Origin: Nocardioides sp.
GTDB lineage: Bacteria; Actinomycetota; Actinomycetes; Propionibacteriales; Nocardioidaceae
Direction: 5' to 3'
Assembly: GCF_035547795.1 (NCBI RefSeq)
Contig: NZ_DASZUF010000181.1
Span: 2,200 to 66,199 of the forward strand
DNA: 64,000 bases
The notes below the pieces were generated by a model, which had not been told where the DNA came from, did not search any database, and saw nothing but the letters and a program-made list of their open reading frames with translations. Position numbers and translations under genes: made by a program. This document shows positions 19,201-26,852 of this stretch, piece after piece (positions within the stretch are counted from its first letter, which is position 1; each line of letters begins with the position of its first letter).

Positions 19201-19707
19201 TCCTCCTACCTCTGGTATGCCGGCGGCAGCCGCTTCGCCACCGGCGCGAACGTGACGCTCACCTCGGCACAGAGCGGCAAGGCCGTCACGGTGCGGGCGG
19301 AGGTGGCAGAGCCTGGGCACCTCACCACGCTGAGTGACCCGTCCGACCCCACCGGCACGGTCGCGTCGGCCTCCACGGATGGCTCGTCCGGCCCCAGCCC
19401 GACGGGTAGTCCCTCGGCGACGCCGACGGCGAAGCCGTCCGTCACGGGCAGGGTCAGGATCGCGGGCAGGATCGCGGTGGGCCACTGGGTACGCGTCGTA
19501 GGGCCGACCTTCCACCACCTGCCGGGCCGGGCGCACCGGACGGTCACATGGCGCGTGGCCGGACGCACGGTCGGCCACGCGGCACGACTGCACCTCAAGG
19601 CGCGCTGGCGCAGCAAGTGGCTGCGGGTCGTGGTGACCGAGAGTTGGACCGCGAACAAGAAGCGGCACCAGATCGGCAAGAGCTCGGGACGTCACCGCAT
19701 CCGCTGA
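16255..19707 (+). CDS. Large secreted/surface protein with internal duplication and C-terminal Ig-like domains
   Basis: Signal peptide (RSRR-hydrophobic-APATA), acidic S/T/D/G-rich body, PKVGDTLT..YLWY..GKAVTV Ig-like unit, S/P/T linker, very basic tail; GAAAGG RBS. Confidence 0.85.
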   Translation: MSSLPRSRRLLTALAAGALVGAGLAVAAPATAALLPWAVSVDDSTVGTPFAIASDDSGHLMVAGTNGWGTLDPSTGAVSDVNAYVDGSAPEGTASLLSDPAVNGNMLLLDEGDDGLQANSGLGAGYDLYRCDPYTGSAPADDSTPPATGSYDDYVVCDTTPDSDRLTEVAATSDSGTFIAKASDGSWGIYILQPANNVWSSGSWFSGWGAIELANLGDPDLEFYGTPTALAFSGSEEVGGDCFVSGCGREVMNGFLGLTDGSQFYVAAQNGSTTTVYHFTASNGPAPTVGGSESGNYYTDNVDVSLSLAREKTMSTTDLVTALAADGETVMAAAGHQVSVLDFSSSPITETDGQLGGDGKRVAGLVNLSGTFVGLSADGSTVYTLPSVPSTPDAGFQATIALDADDTPVLFLNGLSTDSTGLADSSEAVAYPYLVRLTPASGGDPEMLRADASGDLDPSTRFTVGSGVTSYRIALAYDNGLFTSAYTAAATARVPASTSGSSAPWRIPLGFAATSLTADGNTIYATDGTTTKQVDTSQISATSPASTTLTTGTLPTPTGPISVTGGQVTLQSGGTAYPVYGLSSDDSTDFGILTNTAPVALGGDADGTLIEAKDAAGDWGLYLVDTDLDDDETVESALVRAGNNDGGLIDCLSGESCVVAYQVDDLGSRPVPAADLGVTQHGTVFNDVYLAQGSTIGLDAAALFNGTPDGEQITSASPNLGPVTGLALNTDESTLWATTSTGYVLGFPLDPTYGEFVTDANYNPLFGSGRLGGDLEQVVTTSHGVYALDVTRHALDVVPGIEPDTSSVTVKATDNGASVTGLPSVPASIGGVASGAYPYEVTFTPVASDDDSDESAYVPTGDDPVVVHVKADGTVDPADTEDDSTLLGLTPDTDYDATVSFANGVYTSARLRAAAATPVDSEVDDTTFVTEPATFAPTAVEIDDATGSAVTSTTHPKVGDTLTGKATFGSDDQASIDAGTATSSYLWYAGGSRFATGANVTLTSAQSGKAVTVRAEVAEPGHLTTLSDPSDPTGTVASASTDGSSGPSPTGSPSATPTAKPSVTGRVRIAGRIAVGHWVRVVGPTFHHLPGRAHRTVTWRVAGRTVGHAARLHLKARWRSKWLRVVVTESWTANKKRHQIGKSSGRHRIR

Positions 19708-19723
19708 GCGGCGCGTCCGGATG

Positions 19724-19764
19724 GACGTCGTGGCCCTCGCGTCTGACGCACGGGCCACGACGTC
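19724..19764. other. Strong hairpin between the surface-protein gene and repSA (terminator or replication-origin element)
   Basis: 13-bp perfect arms GACGTCGTGGCCC / GGGCCACGACGTC. Confidence 0.6.
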
Positions 19765-19930
19765 ACGTGTCGGCTGAGAAGCGGTCAGTGGCCACGGCCG
19801 GCGTCTGTTGCGTGACGGAGAGTCGCGGTACCGAGGAGCTCGGTCCACCGCTGGCTCCGCTGACGGGCGCGGGCATGCCCGCCTCCAGCACCCCGCCCAG
19901 CTCCCCGGCCGGAGACCTGTCCGTGCCGGC

Positions 19931-21340
19931 CTGATCGAAGACATCGAGGCCGAGATCATCCACCGGGCCTCCTCCCCTGCCTATGAGAAGTGGTGGGGTC
20001 AGGTCACCTATGCCGGCTACTGCGCCACCCCGTCCACCTGCGCGGACGCGACGCCCAAGGCAAGGCCGTCACGATCCTCGCCTACTGCAAGACCCGGCGA
20101 GCCACGATCTGCCCGTCCTGCTCGGCCCTGTATGCCGGCGATACCTGGCAGCTCGTCCACCGCGTCATCACGCCGGACCCCGCGCAGAGTGACGCCAGCG
20201 CAGATCCCACACGGGACATGGTCTTCGCACCCTGACCGCCCCCAGCTTCGGGCCCGTCCACACCGCACGCCGCAGCGAACGACGGGGCGAGCAGAGCGGC
20301 CCTTGCCGTCCGGCCCGCGGCACGCGCGCCTGTCCCCACGGACGAGCGACCGCGTGCAGCGAGACCCATTCCGCAGCCGACCCGCGACTCGGCGAACCGT
20401 TGTGCCCGGACTGATACGACTACCCGAATCACGTGCTCTTCACCTGGTACTCCCCGAGCTATGGCACCGCTTCACCATCGCCCTGCGCCGCCTGATCCGT
20501 CGCCAGCTGCGGGACCTCGGACACGACCCCAAGAGCGTCCGCGTCTCCTACATCAAGGTCGTCGAACTACAGCGCCGCGGCGTCCCCCACTACCACGCCG
20601 TCGTGCGCCTCGACTCCATTCAGGACGGCGAAGAAGCGCCCATGGGTCCGGTGCCACTGACCATGGTCGATCTCATGCTGGCCGTGCGCCAAGCCGTCGA
20701 CAACGTTCGGTTAGATGTGCCCAGCCTCGGCGGCGAACTGGTCACCCTCCGCTTCGGAGAACAGACCGACGTCCAACCCCTCCGCGCCACGAGCCCGCCG
20801 AGCGAAGACGACTCGATCGAACATGGAGACGGCGATCACGACCGACGTATCGCGAGCTACCTGGCGAAATACGTCACCAAGTCTGTCAACGAGTTCGGCC
20901 TGACACCGCGGCGCTTCTCCCCACTCGCCGTCGAAACCCTCGACGTACGGCCCCATGTTCGGGCGATCCTGCGAACCATCCTCGACCTCGCCGAGTCACC
21001 CGGCCCTGGCGAGATGGTGCGCTGGCTCCACACCTTCGGCTACCGCGGACACATCACCACCAAGACACTGCGCTACTCCACCACGATGAGAGCCCTGCGC
21101 GCACGCCGAGCCGCATGGCGCGCCCTGCACGCAACGGCCGATGGATCGACGGACAACGCGGCTGACGTCCAGGTGAATACAGACCGCGTATGGGAGTTCG
21201 TCGGCGCCGGTCACGCCACAGACGGCGACCGCCTGCTTGCCCTGACTGCCGCCGCTCGTTTGCGTGAGGCTCGCCAGGTCGCCCGTGAGGAGCTGTCCTC
21301 TCTTGAAGACGAGGATCGCGGAGGCGGCCATGCCGACTGA
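19931..21340 (+). pseudogene. repSA: RepSA-family rolling-circle replication initiator (AICE type), frameshifted
   Basis: Motifs split over frames: CKTRRATICPSC, LTAPSFGPVH, ELQRRGVPHYHAVVRLD (HUH), YLAKYVTK, GYRGHITTK..YSTT; frameshifts near 20030, 20230 and 20450, stop near 20412; start uncertain. Confidence 0.88.
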
Positions 21341-21524
21341 TGCTGTGAGAGTGGCGGAGGGTGCCCCGTTACCTCCCGGTGTGGCAGCAGGCGCCCACGA
21401 GGCTCTGGCGATCCTGTGGGCCAAGAAGGCCGCCCTCGATGCAGGCGTCAGCAGGACTGAAATCGACGCTCATGCCTGGACGGCCGAGGTGCGGCTGACC
21501 GCCGAGCCTGTGGCCGCAGCCTGA
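21330..21524 (+). CDS. Small hypothetical protein coupled to repSA
   Basis: GGAGG RBS, ATG overlaps the repSA end, 64 aa. Confidence 0.5.
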   Translation: MPTDAVRVAEGAPLPPGVAAGAHEALAILWAKKAALDAGVSRTEIDAHAWTAEVRLTAEPVAAA

Positions 21525-21528
21525 CCAC

Positions 21529-21939
21529 TCAGGGTGTGATGACCCGAAGCCCCTCGTACTCTGCGAAGTCCTGAAAGTCGGCGACGTTGAGCGTCGCCAG
21601 AGGCAGGTCGTAGGCCAGACAGGCGGCAGCGATCCACGAGTCGTTGACGGGCCGTGGATGTCCTCGGCGGTCGGCGTAGGCGACGATCTCGCCCCACTTG
21701 CGGGCCACCCCTGACGTACCCGGCAAGGCAGTGATGTTGCGAAGCCACCCGTCCAGGGCGTCACGGCGGGGGTTGCCCCAGCTGCGGGCATGCGGCCAGC
21801 GGGTCATCTCGCCGTAGGTCACCCAGGTGATGAGGGGCTGGGAGCCGACGATCTTGGCAAACAGCGAGGCAGGCAGTTGCCGCTTGAAGCTGAGGGACGC
21901 GGCGTCGGTGTCGAGGACAATGCGATCCCCAGAGGTCAC
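21529..21939 (-). CDS. vapC: PIN-domain (VapC-like) toxin
   Basis: IVLDTDAAS, TYGE, NDSWIAA, LATLNVADF; GTGA overlap with the upstream small gene. Confidence 0.88.
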   Translation of the reverse strand: MTSGDRIVLDTDAASLSFKRQLPASLFAKIVGSQPLITWVTYGEMTRWPHARSWGNPRRDALDGWLRNITALPGTSGVARKWGEIVAYADRRGHPRPVNDSWIAAACLAYDLPLATLNVADFQDFAEYEGLRVITP

Positions 21940-22124
21940 GCGATGTCCCTGTTCCGCTGCGCGCGGACCCACGCCACAAACTCCTGCAACTCCTCGTCAT
22001 CGGGGAAGACGTCGGGCGCGGCCAAGTCGTCAGGGCTCGTGACGGGTGCGACGCCTCGCATCAACGCGTCCAGGTCGAGGAGGTCGGGCAGTAGCTCGGG
22101 AGCCGGCTGCGGCGCGTGTGTCAT
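21936..22124 (-). CDS. Small acidic antitoxin candidate
   Basis: 62 aa, acidic (DDEELQEF), AAAGGAGG RBS, coupled to the PIN gene. Confidence 0.75.
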   Translation of the reverse strand: MTHAPQPAPELLPDLLDLDALMRGVAPVTSPDDLAAPDVFPDDEELQEFVAWVRAQRNRDIA

Positions 22125-22200
22125 GACGGCGGTACCTCCTTTGTGTCCAACGTTCTCATTGTGTCAGGCGCGACCCGGCGGCACTCTTGTGCCGCGCCGC

Positions 22201-22505
22201 TCAGCCAGCGCCAGGGAGGAACTCAACGCTGACGTGCGGGCGATCGATGTAGACGGCCTCGACGCCGATGTGGCGCAGAGCGGCTCGACGGTCTTCCACA
22301 GGGATGGTCTCGTCGGCCAGGAGTTCGACGAGTTCGGCCATCGCATTGAGACTGCGAGTCGCGTACTCAGGTCGACGGAGAGCTGAGTCTGGCTCAGAGC
22401 ATCTAGCTCGGCATTGATGCCCTCTTGCTCGGCATTGATGCCCTGCTTCTCGTCAGAGAACCTGCTGTAAGCCACTGCCGCGTTTCCGCGAGCCTTCCGC
22501 GCCAC
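22201..22505 (-). pseudogene. Internally deleted large serine recombinase remnant
   Basis: N-terminal AVAYSRFS (YxRxS) joined through a short tandem duplication (GINAE x2) to a frameshifted tail EDRRAALRHIGVEAVYID. Confidence 0.55.
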
Positions 22506-22542
22506 CGCACTCCCCTGCCCCGAACCGGCCTACCGTGGCCTC

Positions 22543-22647
22543 ATGGACCCGCCCGTCCTGCCGATGCTGGCCACGTCGGTGCCCGCCGTACCCGACTCGA
22601 CGGCTACTCCTTCGAGCCCAAGTGGGACGGCTTCCGTCGTTCTTGAC
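22543..22647 (+). repeat. ligC 5'-end copy 2 plus shared tail (putative att junction)
   Basis: Encodes MDPPVLPMLATSVPAVPDST / YSFEPKWDGFR with a 1-nt deletion, then TCGTTCTTGAC as in copy 1. Confidence 0.92.
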
Positions 22648-23023
22648 CGTCGGGCAAGGTCTTCACGTCGTACTGCTGCACCATGCTGTCCACGGTGATC
22701 AGGGTCGCTCCTTCGACTTGCGCTTGAGCGACGAGCATTCGGTCGAATGGATCACGGTGAAGCAGCGGCAGCGATGCCAGCCGCGCAGCATGGGCGGCCC
22801 TCAGGGGCAGCTCGGCAAAACCGTCCCGCTCGATGCCCTCGGCGAAGTCGTCCCCGACGACCAGCCGGCCAATCGACTTCTTGACCGCGATCTCGGCGAT
22901 CGAGACCGCCGACACGAACACCTCATGAGCCGAATCCGCGATGAGATCACGGAGGTCTTGCGTCAACCCCGGAGAGTCATCCCACCACCACAACAGGATG
23001 TGGGTATCGAGGATGAGCCTCAC
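22604..23023 (-). CDS. vapC: PIN-domain VapC toxin
   Basis: LILDTHILLW, SAVSIAEI, HRDPFDRMLVAQA; C-terminus reads into the ligC repeat. Confidence 0.92.
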   Translation of the reverse strand: MRLILDTHILLWWWDDSPGLTQDLRDLIADSAHEVFVSAVSIAEIAVKKSIGRLVVGDDFAEGIERDGFAELPLRAAHAARLASLPLLHRDPFDRMLVAQAQVEGATLITVDSMVQQYDVKTLPDGQERRKPSHLGSKE

Positions 23024-23271
23024 GACACCACTGGGTCGGTCCTGGTGCCGTACCAGGCGGCCTCGTCCTCGGCGGTCCACTGATCGAAGTCATCGGGGAT
23101 ACGGATCTCGCCCTTCATCCGCCCCGGGACACGGGCTGCGCGCTCCACGACCGGGCCGAGCTGGGCGACCGGCTTGCCGTTTCGCGCGATCACGATCGTC
23201 TCGCCGGCCTCTGCTGCAGCGATGAGCCGACTGAGGGAGGACTTCGCCTCATAGACGTTGACCGTGGTCAT
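23020..23271 (-). CDS. Phd/YefM-family antitoxin
   Basis: MTTVNVYEAKSSLSRLI...GETIVIARNGKPVA; GTGA overlap with vapC. Confidence 0.92.
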   Translation of the reverse strand: MTTVNVYEAKSSLSRLIAAAEAGETIVIARNGKPVAQLGPVVERAARVPGRMKGEIRIPDDFDQWTAEDEAAWYGTRTDPVVS

Positions 23272-23278
23272 ATGCCTG

Positions 23279-23308
23279 ATTCTACGCCTCCTGGTCAGGT
23301 CTGGCCAG
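23279..23308 (-). promoter_or_regulatory. TA promoter and probable autorepression operator
   Basis: TAGAAT -10 seven nt before the ATG; tandem palindromes CTGGTCAG-GT-CTGGCCAG. Confidence 0.6.
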
Positions 23309-23360
23309 GCCAATGACGATCGAACGGAACGCCGGCCCCCGGCGATGACATGATCTGCAT

Positions 23361-24431
23361 ATGGACCTGCCCGTGAGGCCGCCAGTACTACCGATGCTGG
23401 CCAAGTCGGTGCCCGCCGTACCCGACTCGACGGACTACTCCTTCGAACCCAAGTGGGACGGCTTCCGAGCCATCGTCTTCCGCGACGGGGACGAGATCGA
23501 GCTGGCCTCCCGCAACACCAAGCCGCTGACCCGCTACTTCCCCGAACTGGTCGAGGCGCTGCGCGCGGCGCTGCCGCAGCGGTGCGTCGTCGACGGCGAG
23601 ATCGTGGTGGCGCGCGACGGGCGACTGGAGTTCGAGGTGCTGCAGGAGCGCATCCACCCGGCCGCCTCGCGGATCAAGCTGCTGGCCGAGCAGACGCCCG
23701 CGTCCTTCGTCGCCTTCGACCTGCTCGCGCTCGACGACGTGTCCTACCTCGATGAGCCGTTCGCTCGGCGGCGGGCCGCGCTCGAGCGCGCGTTGACGAC
23801 CGGCGACGCGGTGCACCTGTGCACGACGACCGCCGATCCGGTGGTGGCGCGGGACTGGTTCACCCGGTTCGAGGGTGCCGGGCTCGACGGCGTGGTGGCC
23901 AAGCCGCTGACCGCGCCGTACTCCCCCAACCAGCGCACCATGCTCAAGATCAAGCACGCCCGCACCGCCGACGTGGTGCTCGCCGGCTACCGGCCGCACA
24001 AGACCTCGACGCCACAGAAGCCGCTCCTGGGCAGCCTCCTGCTGGGCCTGTACGACGGCGACCAGCTGCAGCACGTCGGCGTCGCGGCATCGTTCACCGC
24101 CAAGCGGCGCGCCGAGCTGATCGAGGAGTTGGCGCCGCTCGAGGTGCCGCTCGAGGAGCACCCATGGGGCCGGTGGGCGGAGTTCCTGACCGCCAACCCC
24201 GACCGGGTGCCGGGCACCCAGAGCCGCTGGTCGCAGGGCAAGGACCTCTCCTTCGTGCCGCTGCGGCCCGAGCGAGTGCTGGAGGTGGGCTACGACCACA
24301 TGGAGGGCCGGCGGTTCCGGCACACCGCACAGTTCAAGCGGTGGCGGCCCGACCGCGACCCGGAGTCGTGCGGCTACGACCAGCTCGAGGAGCCGGTGTC
24401 CTACGACCTGCGCGACGTGCTGGGTGGCTAG
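23361..24431 (+). CDS. ligC: ATP-dependent DNA ligase LigC
   Basis: EPKWDGFR, VDGEIV, AFDLL, LDGVVAK, KIKH, RFRH..F.RWRPDR; MDLPVxPPVxPMLAK start. Confidence 0.95.
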   Translation: MDLPVRPPVLPMLAKSVPAVPDSTDYSFEPKWDGFRAIVFRDGDEIELASRNTKPLTRYFPELVEALRAALPQRCVVDGEIVVARDGRLEFEVLQERIHPAASRIKLLAEQTPASFVAFDLLALDDVSYLDEPFARRRAALERALTTGDAVHLCTTTADPVVARDWFTRFEGAGLDGVVAKPLTAPYSPNQRTMLKIKHARTADVVLAGYRPHKTSTPQKPLLGSLLLGLYDGDQLQHVGVAASFTAKRRAELIEELAPLEVPLEEHPWGRWAEFLTANPDRVPGTQSRWSQGKDLSFVPLRPERVLEVGYDHMEGRRFRHTAQFKRWRPDRDPESCGYDQLEEPVSYDLRDVLGG

Positions 24432-24440
24432 AGTCGCCTC

Positions 24441-24956
24441 ATGGCTGACTACGACGTCGTACTCCTGGTCGAGCAGGCCCTCACCGAGGCCGATGCGGCA
24501 CGAGTGCTGTCCCTGCACGAGGGCCTCGACGACCCGGTGACCTACCACGTGCTGCTGCCCGTGGAGGACGCCGCCGCCCGGATCGAGGCGGCGATGGGCT
24601 CGCTGCCCTCCAGCGAGCTGCTCGGCGCACCGAACATGCTCTCCCAGCAGGTCGACCTCGACGCCGTCCAGGCCGACGCCCGCGACCGTGCCCAGACCCA
24701 GCTGGCCGACACCCTCACCGCGCTGCACGAGGCTGGCGCGGAGGCCACCGGGGAGCTCGTCGAGGACCCGATCCAGGCGCTTGCGGCCAAGGTCCGGCAG
24801 GTCGACGGCCGCGAGGCCATCATCTTGACCCGGCCGCACGTCGTGGCGGAGTTCTTCCACGTCGACTGGACGGCGCAGGCGCGGCGCAAGCTCGGCGTCC
24901 CCGTCCTGCACCTGCTGGAGCACGAGACCTTCGACGAGCAGGCCGAGGGCTACTGA
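24441..24956 (+). CDS. Conserved hypothetical protein (USP-like fold suspected)
   Basis: Typical codon usage, 9 nt after ligC; EAIILTRPH...ARRKLGVPVLH ending. Confidence 0.7.
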   Translation: MADYDVVLLVEQALTEADAARVLSLHEGLDDPVTYHVLLPVEDAAARIEAAMGSLPSSELLGAPNMLSQQVDLDAVQADARDRAQTQLADTLTALHEAGAEATGELVEDPIQALAAKVRQVDGREAIILTRPHVVAEFFHVDWTAQARRKLGVPVLHLLEHETFDEQAEGY

Positions 24957-25205
24957 GCGCCGGGCTTCGTTGACGACCTGTTACCGGTCGTTGGATCACC
25001 TGTAGCGATCGGGTTGTCGGCGTCCGACTATCGTCTCGGCGTCGACCGCATCCGGGGCGCGCGTCGGCGTGGGGAGCTTCGAAGCTGCACCGGAGCCCGG
25101 GCTCCCAGGCTCCGCGCGCGGCGGGTCGGGGGACAAGCCGCGCGGACGTGCCCTTCGTGGCGAAGCCCGCTGTGCGGATCGGGGGATCCGCACGGCGGGC
25201 CTTTC

Positions 25206-26282
25206 TCATCCCCCGATCCGGTTGCCGGCCTCGTCCCAGTGCTCGGCGACCTTCTTGCTCGGCTGGACCCGGGGCGGCTCGCCCGGCATCTTCGGATAGT
25301 CCGGCGGGAAGTTCAACTCGCCACCGGGCAACTCCTCCCACAGCCGCAGCAGCGGCGTGAGGTCGTGCGCCACGTCGTCGATCGCGGCCCACGGATCGCC
25401 GTCGGCCAGCCGATCGGGGACGGTGAAGAGGTTGAGCGTGCGCGGGTCGTCCAGCTCCGCCAGCTCCGCCCAGGTCAGCGGCGTGGAGACCGGCGCGCCC
25501 GGCAGCGGCCGCAGGCTGTAGGCGCTGGCGATGGTCCGGTCCCGGTTGTTCTGGTTGAAGTCGACGAAGATCCGGCTGCCCCGCTGCTCCTTCCACCAGG
25601 CGGTGGTGACGCCGTCGTCACGGCGCTCCAGCTCGCGACCCAGGCCGATCGCGGCGTGCCGCACGTCCTCGAACCGCCAGTCCGGCCGGATCCGCACGTA
25701 GATGTGGATGCCGCGGTTGCCGCTGGTCTTCGGGTAGCCGGTGATGCCCAGCTCCTCGAGCAGCTCGCGCGCCACCGCGGCGACCCGGCGCGCGTCCGCG
25801 AACGTCGTCCCGGGCTGGGGATCCAGATCGATGCGCAGCTCGTCGGGATGGTCGACGTCCGCGCGCCGCACCGGCCACGGGTGGAACGTCAGGGTGCCCA
25901 TCTGCGCGCACCAGACCGGCACCGCGATCTCGGTCGGGCAGATCTCCTCGGCGGTGCGGCCGCTGGGAAACCGCACCTGCACCGTCTCGAGGTAGTCGGG
26001 CGCGCCCTTGGGGACGCGCTTTTGGTAGAACGCGTCGGCATCCCGGTCCTGCGGGCCGGTGGCCAGCCGCATCCCCTCGCGTACGCCGGAGGGCCACCTC
26101 TCCAGTGCGGTGGGACGCTCACCCAGCGCTCGCATGAGACCCTCGCCCACGCTCGCGACGTACTGCGCGACCATCAGCTTGGTGACCTCGGGCGTGCTCG
26201 GCGTGGCCTGGTAGATCACCCGCTCCGGACTGGAGATGCGGACGCTGCGCTCCCCCGCCTGCACCTGCGCTGAAGCCACCAT
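25206..26282 (-). CDS. LigC-associated primase-polymerase (Prim-PolC / LigD Pol-domain type)
   Basis: [36 protein letters not shown]; next to ligC. Confidence 0.92.
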   Translation of the reverse strand: MVASAQVQAGERSVRISSPERVIYQATPSTPEVTKLMVAQYVASVGEGLMRALGERPTALERWPSGVREGMRLATGPQDRDADAFYQKRVPKGAPDYLETVQVRFPSGRTAEEICPTEIAVPVWCAQMGTLTFHPWPVRRADVDHPDELRIDLDPQPGTTFADARRVAAVARELLEELGITGYPKTSGNRGIHIYVRIRPDWRFEDVRHAAIGLGRELERRDDGVTTAWWKEQRGSRIFVDFNQNNRDRTIASAYSLRPLPGAPVSTPLTWAELAELDDPRTLNLFTVPDRLADGDPWAAIDDVAHDLTPLLRLWEELPGGELNFPPDYPKMPGEPPRVQPSKKVAEHWDEAGNRIGG

Positions 26283-26304
26283 GGCGCCAACGTACTCTGG
26301 AGGG

Positions 26305-26706
26305 GTGGCCAACAACGTGCAGAAGACCGACGCCGAGTGGCGCGAGCAGCTGACCCCCGAGGAGTACCACGTGCTGCGCGAGGCCGGCACGGAACGGGCG
26401 TTCACCGGGGAGTACACCGACACCGAGACCAAGGGTGTCTACAAGTGCCGCGCGTGCGGCGCCAAGCTGTTCGAGTCGGACACCAAGTTCCACTCCGGCT
26501 GCGGCTGGCCGTCCTTCTACCAGCCGATCACCGACACCGTGAAGTACCTGGAGGACAACTCCTTCGGGATGAAGCGCGTCGAGGTGCGCTGCGCCAACTG
26601 CGATTCGCACCTCGGCCACGTGTTCCCCGACGGCTACGGCACGCCGACCGGTGACCGCTACTGCATCAACTCGATCTCGCTGACCCTCGAGCCCGCCGAC
26701 GACTGA
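26305..26706 (+). CDS. msrB: Peptide-methionine (R)-S-oxide reductase
   Basis: GTERAF, CGWPSF, HLGHVF, RYCINS. Confidence 0.97.
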   Translation: MANNVQKTDAEWREQLTPEEYHVLREAGTERAFTGEYTDTETKGVYKCRACGAKLFESDTKFHSGCGWPSFYQPITDTVKYLEDNSFGMKRVEVRCANCDSHLGHVFPDGYGTPTGDRYCINSISLTLEPADD

Positions 26707-26852
26707 GCCGATCCGCTGAGCCGATCCGCTGAGCCGCGGCGGCCGCGGCGGCCGCGGCGGCTGCGGCGGGCAGCGGCGGCAGCGAGCCCGCTGGCGTCGC
26801 GGGCCGCGGCTACGCCATCCTTTGCCCACCGCAAGGCAAAGGAGAAGGCGAC

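Larger units (their letters stand above)
14854..23467. mobile_element. Composite, decayed genomic island at the ligC 5' end
   Basis: Bounded by ligC-derived direct repeats; holds a tRNA fragment, repSA pseudogene, recombinase remnant and TA modules; looks less GC-rich than the flanks (not computed). Confidence 0.8.

Noticed and set aside
24957-25200. 250-bp gap with 9-bp inverted ends CGGGCTTCG/CGAAGCCCG as a MITE or sRNA
   Set aside because: Short GC-rich match, single copy in the window, no promoter or target duplication seen
23361-26282. ligC with a primase-polymerase as a novel repair system
   Set aside because: Already described LigC/Prim-PolC excision-repair pairing in actinobacteria
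26704-26790. Short tandem repeats after msrB (CTGAGCCGATCCG x2, GCGGCGGCC runs)
   Set aside because: Low-complexity slippage; no higher-order structure evident
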